Virus record (IMG/VR): IMGVR_UViG_3300020578_005808 | Location: 1-64,000 of that record | DNA: 64,000 bases | Strand: one strand, 5' to 3' | Origin: a virus | Lineage: Duplodnaviria; Caudoviricetes | In this document: in pieces, positions 1-6,262 of the stretch | How the letters are laid out: every line of letters begins with the position of its first letter | Position numbering within the stretch: position 1 is the stretch's first letter | Position numbers and translations under genes: made by a program | Notes under the pieces: model-generated | What the model saw: only the letters and a program-made list of their open reading frames with translations | What the model was told of the DNA's origin: nothing | The model's database searches: none

Positions 1-2
1 GT

Positions 3-122
3 AATCCAGAAGCTTATGTCACTAATATTGATTTAGCAGTTGTAAGAGCTTATAATAAAGCTTTATCTGCTTCAGAAATATTGCAAAACTACAATACCAC
101 AAAAGGCAGATTTGGATTGTAA
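3..122 (+). CDS. C-terminal fragment of a LamG/concanavalin-A-like domain protein (5' truncated by window)
   Basis: Frame 3 reads NPEAYVTNIDLAVVRAYNKALSASEILQNYNTTKGRFGL*, matching the typical YNxALSxxEIxQNYN...RFGL ending of phage LamG-like proteins. Confidence 0.7.
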   Translation, partial: NPEAYVTNIDLAVVRAYNKALSASEILQNYNTTKGRFGL

Positions 123-129
123 TTTTTTA

Positions 130-135
130 GTGTAA
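130..135 (+). promoter_or_regulatory. GTGTAA motif 8 nt upstream of GTG start; candidate phage-sigma (late) promoter
   Basis: Same hexamer at the same 8-nt spacing precedes the ATG at 3077 on the minus strand. Confidence 0.35.
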
Positions 136-143
136 TTAACTTT

Positions 144-668
144 GTGAAAGTTGTAGATATAGCCCAAGAAATATACATGGACTTAGGCACTCCTAGTGAC
201 TTAAGTATTGCCGCCTTGTCTTATTGGCTCCGGGCTAATGTGGGGAGATTAAATAGTTTAATTTTTTCTAACTTTTATGTTAGTGATTCTTCTTTAGAAA
301 TTTTAGATTCTGATAATAGCGACTCAGAAATAGATTTTAATGCTGCTGCAATATTAAAAAAACTATACATGATTAATAGGTATGCTGTTATATTAAGGTC
401 TAAATTATCTGATATAGCTACCGATGATGTTGTAGAAGTGAGAGATCAAGATACAAATGTGCGTCGCCTTGATAAAACTCAACTTATTAGAAGCATAACT
501 GCCGAAAAAAAGCAAGAAGAAGATGAACTTCGTTATTTAATTAATGCTTACAGAGCTAGAAAATTAAATCCGAAGCAAGTTGTTGGGGACGATATAGTTA
601 TGGGAACTTATCCAGAGTATTATCCTTACTTAACTAGAAATCGCAATTACGGATATACGGCCTATTAA
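144..668 (+). CDS. Hypothetical protein, possibly virion head/neck associated
   Basis: 174-aa ORF with phage-like codon usage; no diagnostic motif. Confidence 0.7.
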   Translation: MKVVDIAQEIYMDLGTPSDLSIAALSYWLRANVGRLNSLIFSNFYVSDSSLEILDSDNSDSEIDFNAAAILKKLYMINRYAVILRSKLSDIATDDVVEVRDQDTNVRRLDKTQLIRSITAEKKQEEDELRYLINAYRARKLNPKQVVGDDIVMGTYPEYYPYLTRNRNYGYTAY

Positions 669-671
669 GAT

Positions 672-702
672 AAAAAAAAAGAGGGAAGCTTTCGCTTCCC
701 TC
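672..702 (-). terminator. Rho-independent terminator for the 715..906 gene
   Basis: Perfect 9-bp stem GAGGGAAGC/GCTTCCCTC (681-689/694-702), GAAA loop on the minus strand, followed by 9 U (A-run 672-680). Confidence 0.9.
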
Positions 703-714
703 GGGGGTTTGATA

Positions 715-906
715 TTAACGAGTTCGACGGGTTGCTCGCTTAGCCGTTAGAGAAGTTGCGCTAGTCTCATCTGCAAATGCAAATGTAGCATTCGGCATCT
801 TCTTTGTCTCGGTACGGTATTGATTAATCTTAACCGCTCTCTCGACTCTAGCGACAGAGAACTTACCGGCATCTGACTCGTTAACTGTAATGGTATACTT
901 ATTCAT
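715..906 (-). CDS. Small basic hypothetical protein
   Basis: 63-aa ORF flanked by its own sigma70-type promoter (913-942) and terminator (672-702). Confidence 0.8.
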   Translation of the reverse strand: MNKYTITVNESDAGKFSVARVERAVKINQYRTETKKMPNATFAFADETSATSLTAKRATRRTR

Positions 907-912
907 ACAAGT

Positions 913-942
913 AAAATATGAGCTTTTATTTTAAAATGTCAA
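913..942 (-). promoter_or_regulatory. sigma70-type promoter, leaderless transcript
   Basis: TTGACA-18nt-TATTTT, ATG 6 nt after the -10 box, no SD. Confidence 0.75.
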
Positions 943-1289
943 GTTATTTTAACTGAAATTTCTTTTGGTGTTTCGCTATCTCGCTTGGGAATAAAAACAT
1001 TCAATACTCCATTTTCTAAAGACGCTGAAGTTTTTAAGGTATTTGCTATACTTGGCATTTTGTAAACAACTTCAAACTTAGAGCGCTTATTATTTTCATT
1101 CGGTTTGCCATTAATTAAAATATAATTACCTCGGCATTTTAATTCAATTTCTTCCTTTGAAAAGCCGGGAATGTCTATTTCAAAAGCATATTTATCATCA
1201 TGTTCTTTCCAATTTCCATACTCTTTAATTTCAGAGCTGATTGAATCTGGTGATGTTGATGTTGTATAAGTTGATGTTGTATAATACAT
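939..1289 (-). CDS. Small heat-shock protein (Hsp20/alpha-crystallin family)
   Basis: YAFEIDIPGFSKEEIEL and ASLENGVLNVFIPK alpha-crystallin motifs. Confidence 0.92.
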   Translation of the reverse strand: MYYTTSTYTTSTSPDSISSEIKEYGNWKEHDDKYAFEIDIPGFSKEEIELKCRGNYILINGKPNENNKRSKFEVVYKMPSIANTLKTSASLENGVLNVFIPKRDSETPKEISVKIT

Positions 1290-1300
1290 AGTGACTTACT

Positions 1301-2017
1301 TCAAGCAATTGACGTGCCAACTTTTTTGCTTGTTTTTAATAGCTTTTTGACTTTCAGAGTGTCATTTTGGCTCTCTTGCGAAATATATGTCTCATTTATT
1401 TGCTGGGCAATTTTATAAACAGCTTTGATTGCAGCTTTGTTGTTTTCTGGATTTTCGGGAGAACAATCTTGCCACTCTAGTATATAATCTGCCATTTTTT
1501 CTACTACTGGCGTATTCGTTTCTTCTTCAGCGTTAACTGGAGTTGAATATGCTTTTTTAATTCCGGTAGTTCTCCCAAAAGAAAAGTCTGAAATTAATTT
1601 AAATTTCTTAACATGAATGTGTATCCCATTATTCTTTTTAATCCATTGGCACTCGTCATCTGGATAGGTAGCGTGTCTAATATCAGGTACGCAAATAATT
1701 GTTTTTTCATTTGCTATATCAAGCATTTTCTTGTAAGCTTCTGTTGTCCAATAAGTTCCTTTTGGTTCTTGAAGTCTTTTTATCTTGCCATAAAATACTA
1801 GAAAGTCTCTAATCTTATCTTTTTGTTCTCTTGTGCAATAAAGGGGATTTATTCCAAACAAATCGACGCAAGCATCTCTACAGTCTAACTTCAACTTATC
1901 AGCTAAAGAAATTCTATAAAATTGATATTTTGTTTTTTCTAAAAAGAACTTATGCAAAATTTTGCAAACCGTATCTTTTCCATCTCCTGCTAATCCTGAT
2001 ATGCCTATTATTTTCAT
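1301..2017 (-). CDS. Deoxynucleoside monophosphate kinase (phage dNMP kinase-like)
   Basis: N-terminal P-loop IIGISGLAGDGKDT, SLADKLK, VPDIR motifs. Confidence 0.8.
   Translation of the reverse strand: MKIIGISGLAGDGKDTVCKILHKFFLEKTKYQFYRISLADKLKLDCRDACVDLFGINPLYCTREQKDKIRDFLVFYGKIKRLQEPKGTYWTTEAYKKMLDIANEKTIICVPDIRHATYPDDECQWIKKNNGIHIHVKKFKLISDFSFGRTTGIKKAYSTPVNAEEETNTPVVEKMADYILEWQDCSPENPENNKAAIKAVYKIAQQINETYISQESQNDTLKVKKLLKTSKKVGTSIA
1304..1320 (-). promoter_or_regulatory. sigma54 (RpoN) -24/-12 promoter upstream of hsp20
   Basis: Minus strand reads TTGGCACG-TCAA-TTGCT, an exact match to YTGGCACG-N4-TTGCW; ATG begins 15 nt after the final T. Confidence 0.75.
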
Positions 2018-2631
2018 TTGTTGATAAAAAAATTCCAGTCTACATGCTCGCTATAGTCAATATATTCTGGGAAAGCTATTGGAAGTAAAGGTTTTGGTTT
2101 TTTAATTAATCTTAGGCCAGCTTCTTCAGGAGTTTTGCGCCCCTTTTTAGAATTAATATCTTTGTGGCATAAAACCATATTTTCCCATGAATTCTCACCA
2201 CCTCGACTTCTAGCTATTATATGGTCAATATTAGCTTCTTCTTTTTCTAATTTTCTTCCCGTATATTGACAAATACCTTTATCACGAAGCCAAATATTTT
2301 TCTTTGATAGTTTAAATTTTTTAAATGGAATTTCCTTGTAGGTCGATGATACTAAAATAGTTGGAACTCGAATTGTCATTTTTGACGTTCGAATTTCCAA
2401 ATCACATTCCCTGATTGGAAGTCGAATCCAGTCGTTCCAGCCTAAAGCTTCTACATTTTCTATGTTTGAGTAATCAAAAGATCCATCGTCGTTAGTCTTG
2501 TATAGTATATTTAATGCAAAACAACTAGGATGAACTAATTCACTAAAAGCTTCTTTAACAGTCTTTGCCCCAATCGGTTGCCATGTTTTATTTAGGCAAA
2601 GACAAATCCTTTTATTTTCTATACCGGTCAT
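2014..2631 (-). CDS. HNH endonuclease (McrA-like)
   Basis: LRDKGICQYTG...NIDHIIARSRGGENSWENMVLCHKDINSKKG. Confidence 0.9.
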   Translation of the reverse strand: MTGIENKRICLCLNKTWQPIGAKTVKEAFSELVHPSCFALNILYKTNDDGSFDYSNIENVEALGWNDWIRLPIRECDLEIRTSKMTIRVPTILVSSTYKEIPFKKFKLSKKNIWLRDKGICQYTGRKLEKEEANIDHIIARSRGGENSWENMVLCHKDINSKKGRKTPEEAGLRLIKKPKPLLPIAFPEYIDYSEHVDWNFFINK

Positions 2632-2636
2632 TAGAA

Positions 2637-2665
2637 AAGTTAGGATTGCTATATTATAAAGTCAA
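2637..2665 (-). promoter_or_regulatory. sigma70-type promoter, leaderless transcript (HNH gene)
   Basis: TTGACT-17nt-TAACTT, ATG 5 nt later. Confidence 0.65.
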
Positions 2666-2671
2666 GTTTTT

Positions 2672-2700
2672 TTGATTTTCCCCACCTTTTTTTTTACAAT
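2672..2700 (+). promoter_or_regulatory. sigma70-type promoter, leaderless transcript (52-aa ORF)
   Basis: TTGATT-17nt-TACAAT, ATG 6 nt later. Confidence 0.75.
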
Positions 2701-2706
2701 AATTGC

Positions 2707-2865
2707 ATGAAAAAAATTCGTAAAGCCACTAAATCAACCGCTGCAACAAACTCAGGAAACGTAGGTAGCTCGGGTAATGTAAGTTCAACCAAAGTAACCA
2801 ACACAAAGAAATCCTCTTCCGGAACGTCTGGTTCATCCGGAGCTGCGGGCAAAAAGAAAACTTGA
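2707..2865 (+). CDS. 52-aa basic Ser/Gly/Thr/Lys-rich microprotein (missed by ORF track)
   Basis: MKKIRKATKSTAATNSGNVGSSGNVSSTKVTNTKKSSSGTSGSSGAAGKKKT*; dedicated promoter directly upstream; fills an otherwise empty gap. Confidence 0.75.
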   Translation: MKKIRKATKSTAATNSGNVGSSGNVSSTKVTNTKKSSSGTSGSSGAAGKKKT

Positions 2866-2876
2866 TTTTTTGTTTT

Positions 2877-3077
2877 TTAAAATAATATAAAAGATTCGTC
2901 CGAGAAATCTTCCCAATCTAGATCTGAAGCTTTTGCTTTTTTCCTTCTCATTTGAGAAAGACAAACAGCAATTCTTTGTTTCTGGGCTGGGAATTCTTTT
3001 TTCATAGTTTCGTCACCCATGCATTTACTCATAAATGCGTTTTGATCTTGACCTTTTGTCGGCTTAGGTATAGGCAT
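2877..3077 (-). CDS. Conserved small phage protein (MPIPKP...F..CM.D..M..EFP...QR.AVC type)
   Basis: 66-aa ORF; pattern recalled from many tailed phages; GTGTAA motif 8 nt upstream. Confidence 0.75.
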   Translation of the reverse strand: MPIPKPTKGQDQNAFMSKCMGDETMKKEFPAQKQRIAVCLSQMRRKKAKASDLDWEDFSDESFILF

Positions 3078-3085
3078 ATTACTCT

Positions 3086-3091
3086 TTACAC
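3086..3091 (-). promoter_or_regulatory. GTGTAA motif 8 nt upstream of ATG 3077
   Basis: Minus strand GGTGTAAAGAGTAATATG; same spacing as at 130-143. Confidence 0.35.
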
Positions 3092-3274
3092 CTAATCTAT
3101 AGACCTAACATCAAAAATATCTACCGCGACTAATGAGTCACCATTAGACACTATAAATGTATCTTGATCTTTTACGTCTACTATTTCGCCTAACCATTCA
3201 AACTCATTATCTAAAACCTTAATGGTTTTACCTATCATTCTTTTATTTATTTCAAGTTTGCTAGAATCATTCAT
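3092..3274 (-). CDS. Small hypothetical protein (SH3/Sm-like beta barrel pattern)
   Basis: 60 aa, IGKTIKV...GEIVDVKDQDTFIV; coupled to the upstream ORF by a 4-nt overlap. Confidence 0.65.
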   Translation of the reverse strand: MNDSSKLEINKRMIGKTIKVLDNEFEWLGEIVDVKDQDTFIVSNGDSLVAVDIFDVRSID

Positions 3275-3582
3275 TTGATTTGGATGCGCTTATCATTTGT
3301 TACAAATGTTAAATAAACACTTGAGTATTCACCATTTTTACTAAAAATTTGACCGAGTTTATCCAGAGTTGGTTTCGACAATGATTCAACCCTGTTTAAA
3401 TACAAACCGTCTAAATCAGTAGCCATTTTTTTATTCTTTTGCCTGCAATTACAGTCTACAACTGAAGTGTAGCAAAAATTTAAAAATCCCTGCAGCTCCG
3501 CGTCTTGAGTTATCTCGTTGGGAAAACCAGCTAAAAATCTACAAAAGTCAAATATATTTTTGATTTCTAAACTTCTTTCCAT
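3271..3582 (-). CDS. Hypothetical protein
   Basis: 103-aa ORF in a tightly packed minus-strand operon; contains CNC. Confidence 0.7.
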   Translation of the reverse strand: MERSLEIKNIFDFCRFLAGFPNEITQDAELQGFLNFCYTSVVDCNCRQKNKKMATDLDGLYLNRVESLSKPTLDKLGQIFSKNGEYSSVYLTFVTNDKRIQIK

Positions 3583-3584
3583 TT

Positions 3585-3917
3585 TTATTTCGTTGTTATT
3601 TTATACATTATTAAAAACATTGCGTAGCTTATGAGAAATTTTGGACTAAATACATTAAGCCCAAAACATAACCAAAAACCTAAACAATACGGACAAGAAA
3701 TCAACCTAGTAAAAAAACAATCTTTTTTTTGCTTAAGAAAGTCTAAGTAATTACCTTGCCCACCGTTTGCTATTTTATAGCAATAATATTCATTTAACCT
3801 AGCTATTTTATCTAGCCTTAAAAGCTTTAAGTATTCTGGTAAAGCTTCTGTTTGAAAGGCTAAATACAATAAACTAACAACAGCCGATGCGTGAACGAAA
3901 TTATCCTGAATGTCCAT
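3585..3917 (-). CDS. Membrane protein, DUF1360-like
   Basis: Hydrophobic segments and LISCPYCLGFWL motif. Confidence 0.6.
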   Translation of the reverse strand: MDIQDNFVHASAVVSLLYLAFQTEALPEYLKLLRLDKIARLNEYYCYKIANGGQGNYLDFLKQKKDCFFTRLISCPYCLGFWLCFGLNVFSPKFLISYAMFLIMYKITTK

Positions 3918-4323
3918 ATCCTTTTTGTCCTCTTGTTGTGTCTCTTAATGTTTCTGATTTAACCCAGTAAATACCGTGGCATTTTTCAATAATGATTTGA
4001 GCTATTTTATCGCCAATTTTCACTTCGAAATCGTTATTTTTATCTGAGTTATATAGTATTACACCTACATCTCCACGATAGTCGGCGTCAATAACTCCCG
4101 CCATTACATCAATGCCATGTTTGTAAGCTAAGCCAGACCGAGGAGCGATTCGACCGTAAAACCCAATCGGTATGCTCGTTGAAATATTCGTTTTTATGAG
4201 CTTCCTCTCTTGTTTACCGATATTTACGTTTTCAGCAGCAAATAAATCATACCCTGCTGAGCATTCGGTTGCTTGAACTGGAATTTTACCGTTTTCAGAT
4301 AAAAGCTTAATATGAATATCCAC
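3901..4323 (-). CDS. dut: dUTPase (trimeric)
   Basis: SAGYDL, GRIAPRSGLA, GVIDADYRG, KIAQII, RGQKGYGHSG motifs I-V. Confidence 0.97.
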   Translation of the reverse strand: MDIHIKLLSENGKIPVQATECSAGYDLFAAENVNIGKQERKLIKTNISTSIPIGFYGRIAPRSGLAYKHGIDVMAGVIDADYRGDVGVILYNSDKNNDFEVKIGDKIAQIIIEKCHGIYWVKSETLRDTTRGQKGYGHSG

Positions 4324-4327
4324 ACTT

Positions 4328-4357
4328 AAAATATGGAAATATGATAAAAAAAGTCAA
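4328..4357 (-). promoter_or_regulatory. sigma70-type promoter, leaderless (dut)
   Basis: TTGACT-18nt-TATTTT, GTG start 4 nt later. Confidence 0.65.
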
Positions 4358-4365
4358 ACTAAAGT

Positions 4366-4394
4366 TTGCTTTTTTTTAAATTTTATCATTATTG
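4366..4394 (+). promoter_or_regulatory. sigma70-type promoter, leaderless (4400 ORF)
   Basis: TTGCTT begins 34 nt before ATG 4400; AT-rich -10 region (TATCATTATTG). Confidence 0.5.
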
Positions 4395-4399
4395 ATGGT

Positions 4400-4807
4400 A
4401 TGACAATATTAGACGCATATCAAATGTTGAATGAGTTTTTTAACTCAAACCACGTTTTAAACCTTAACCGAGATTTTAAAAAAATTATATCGATTACCGA
4501 AACAGAGCAGGAAGATAGGGCCGCTATACTTTGCGCTCTAAAAGAAATGGAGTCTGGGAATTTAATTAAATCAACTATTGTAAATAATGTTGAGTACTGG
4601 GTTCTTTTTAAACCTCTCGAAAGCTTTTCTCAGCCTATAGAATTAAATTATTTATTGGCTGCTGGTATAGCAAGTGTAATAAATAGAGTCTGCGATGTTC
4701 TTGAAAACGATTCTGACAGATGTAACCCGAAGGAAATAACTGATAAAGATCTAAAAAATCTGATATTTATTGCTTCGAAAGCTTCTGTAGAAAATTTAAA
4801 GAACTAG
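4400..4807 (+). CDS. Hypothetical protein (possible winged-helix)
   Basis: 135-aa ORF; AILCALKEMESGNLIKS...YWVL resembles a wHTH pattern, weak. Confidence 0.7.
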   Translation: MTILDAYQMLNEFFNSNHVLNLNRDFKKIISITETEQEDRAAILCALKEMESGNLIKSTIVNNVEYWVLFKPLESFSQPIELNYLLAAGIASVINRVCDVLENDSDRCNPKEITDKDLKNLIFIASKASVENLKN

Positions 4808-4808
4808 C

Positions 4809-4836
4809 TTGACTTTTAAGGAAAACGGATCATTGT
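4809..4836 (+). promoter_or_regulatory. sigma70-type promoter for the structured RNA
   Basis: TTGACT-16nt-CATTGT; by the spacing seen at other genes the TSS falls at about 4843. Confidence 0.55.
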
Positions 4837-4842
4837 TCTTTA

Positions 4843-5272
4843 CCTAACTTAGCGGGAGGTAGCTTGAGCAAAACCATGCTCACTTAAGCTTTAAATAGCT
4901 TATTTAAACTCGTAAGAGACAACAAGCCCGTAAAAAGACCGCAGGCGGTTGGGGTAATTCCCAGCGTTATTTCGGGAGAAGCGGCGTCCTAAAAAGACCC
5001 CTGCGTAAAAATGCTAGAAACTTCTTCCTCTCAAAGGAAAAGGCGATGGCTGTCAGAAGTAAGTCACCCGCAAACTGAGTTAGAAAAAATAGCCGATCTT
5101 AGTTGCTAGCTACACGGACTCACTAAAGCCGGGGATGCAAGGACTAATGCAGGTAAGATCGGGGTTAAATAAACTGAAATAAAAAACATTTCAGTTGACT
5201 TGCTATTTCTTCTAGCCAGCTCAAGGAAAAGTTAAAGGCGATGGCTGTTTCCGCAAGAAAAAAGGAAACACC
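4843..5272 (+). ncRNA. Candidate large structured ncRNA / cis-regulatory leader of the sigma-factor gene
   Basis: No long ORF; 115/240 G+C in 4921-5160; many helices (TGAGCA/TGCTCA, TTTAAATA/TATTTAAA, CGCAGG/CCTGCG, CCGATCTT/AAGATCGG, AACTGAAAT/ATTTCAGTT), GNRA-type loops GTAA and GGGA; own promoter. Confidence 0.65.
5039..5248 (+). repeat. 15-bp direct repeat AAAGGCGATGGCTGT (5039-5053 and 5234-5248)
   Basis: Exact duplicate seen in sequence; both copies preceded by TCAA(A)GGAA. Confidence 0.9.
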
Positions 5273-5878
5273 ATGAATAAAGTAAAAAAAGAAATTAACG
5301 AATCAAGTCTTATCTCCAAGATTAAAGACTCTAATTGTAACGAAAGTTTTAATAAGCTTTCTAAACTATACGATAATTTTTATTATTCTATAGCTCAAAA
5401 ATATTCTTCCGCTCTTGTTAAGGCGGGTATGAATAAGGATGACATAAAACACGAAAAAGATTTTATTCTTTTTAAAGCTATAAAGTCTTTTGATCCTTCT
5501 CAGAAAACTAAGTTCTCTACTTGGTTTTGCAACTGCACAAAATATCACTTCTTGAACTATATTAATGCTAATAAAAAATATATGTTAACAGAAGAGAACA
5601 AAATAGACTTCTTTAATAATAAAGATATATTAATGTCTTTTGATAAAAATACTGATGTCTTGTCTTATTTGAACTCTCTCCTCTCCTCATTTAAAGATGA
5701 AAGAGTTAAAAAGGTTTATGAACTTAGATATTTTTCTGGTGGTGAAAAGTTGGCTACTTGGAATTCTATAGCGAAAAAGATTGGAGTCAGTACTCAAACA
5801 GCTATTAACCTCCATGAAAAAACAAGAGTTTTTCTTAAAAATAAAATCTTAAGCAAAAATTCTTTTGATTTTGTTTGA
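5273..5878 (+). CDS. Phage-encoded sigma70-family RNA polymerase sigma factor
   Basis: Region 2 FKAIKSFDPSQKTKFSTW and region 4 HTH VYELRYF...TWNSIAKKIGVSTQTAINL. Confidence 0.8.
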   Translation: MNKVKKEINESSLISKIKDSNCNESFNKLSKLYDNFYYSIAQKYSSALVKAGMNKDDIKHEKDFILFKAIKSFDPSQKTKFSTWFCNCTKYHFLNYINANKKYMLTEENKIDFFNNKDILMSFDKNTDVLSYLNSLLSSFKDERVKKVYELRYFSGGEKLATWNSIAKKIGVSTQTAINLHEKTRVFLKNKILSKNSFDFV

Positions 5879-5904
5879 CTTCCACTGGGGCGTTTCCATA
5901 CTGT
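5875..5904 (+). promoter_or_regulatory. sigma70-type promoter, leaderless (5910 ORF)
   Basis: TTGACT-18nt-TACTGT, ATG 5 nt later; -35 overlaps the sigma-factor stop codon. Confidence 0.7.
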
Positions 5905-5909
5905 GCTGA

Positions 5910-6209
5910 ATGAACGACAATAAGAACGACAGCAACTGGACGCGCCGAGAAGTCGGCGCATTGTGGACCAAGCTCAGTAAGGACAAGAGCCAAAAATACA
6001 TGACTGGTCACATTCAGACATCCCTAGAAGGAAAGATTGACATCGTTATCTTTTCTAATAAGGATAAGCGGACTGATAAAGCTCCTGATTTCAGGGTTTA
6101 TCTTTCCGAAAAGAAAAAGGAAGACGTTATTGCTTCACCGAAGACAGAGGCTAAGAATAAAACTCAATCTAGAGAAGAAACCTCTTCTGACGAAGTAGAC
6201 GTTCTTTAA
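5910..6209 (+). CDS. DUF736-like protein, putative ssDNA-binding
   Basis: EVGALWTK...YMTGHI...IVIFSNKDK...PDFRVYLS pattern and acidic C-tail SSDEVDVL. Confidence 0.6.
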   Translation: MNDNKNDSNWTRREVGALWTKLSKDKSQKYMTGHIQTSLEGKIDIVIFSNKDKRTDKAPDFRVYLSEKKKEDVIASPKTEAKNKTQSREETSSDEVDVL

Positions 6210-6231
6210 AAAAAGATAGAAATTCCTTTTC

Positions 6232-6262
6232 ACCTACCTATAAATAATAGGTAGGTTTTTTT
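6232..6262 (+). terminator. Hairpin plus U-tract (terminator-like) ending at the next ATG
   Basis: Perfect 10-bp stem ACCTACCTAT/ATAGGTAGGT (6232-6241/6247-6256), then TTTTTT and ATG 6263. Confidence 0.65.

Noticed and set aside
1613-2088. Plus-strand ORFs 1613..1801 and 1831..2088
   Set aside because: Antisense shadows of the dNMP kinase/HNH genes, with no motifs or initiation signals
5042-5069. GGCGATGG resemblance to the 5' end of a fluoride riboswitch
   Set aside because: Lacks the pairing TCGCC segment and the downstream GCTGATGAC-type conserved motif
5011-5109. 32-codon ORF (MLETSSSQRKRRWLSEV...) inside the structured region
   Set aside because: Short, no initiation signal, and codon usage unlike the phage genes; the helices explain the sequence better. 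A leader-peptide role is not fully excluded.
5069-5165. tmRNA (GCAAAC resume-like) or group I intron core (CTACACGG, AAGAT) resemblance
   Set aside because: GCA AAC is followed at once by TGA, there are no tRNA-like ends, and no GACUA/UAGUC P7 pairing or flanking exon context
5195-5225. Additional TTGACT inside the RNA region as a promoter for the sigma gene
   Set aside because: No acceptable -10 box 16-18 nt downstream, and 78 nt from the ATG, outside the pattern; it is part of the 9-bp helix arm
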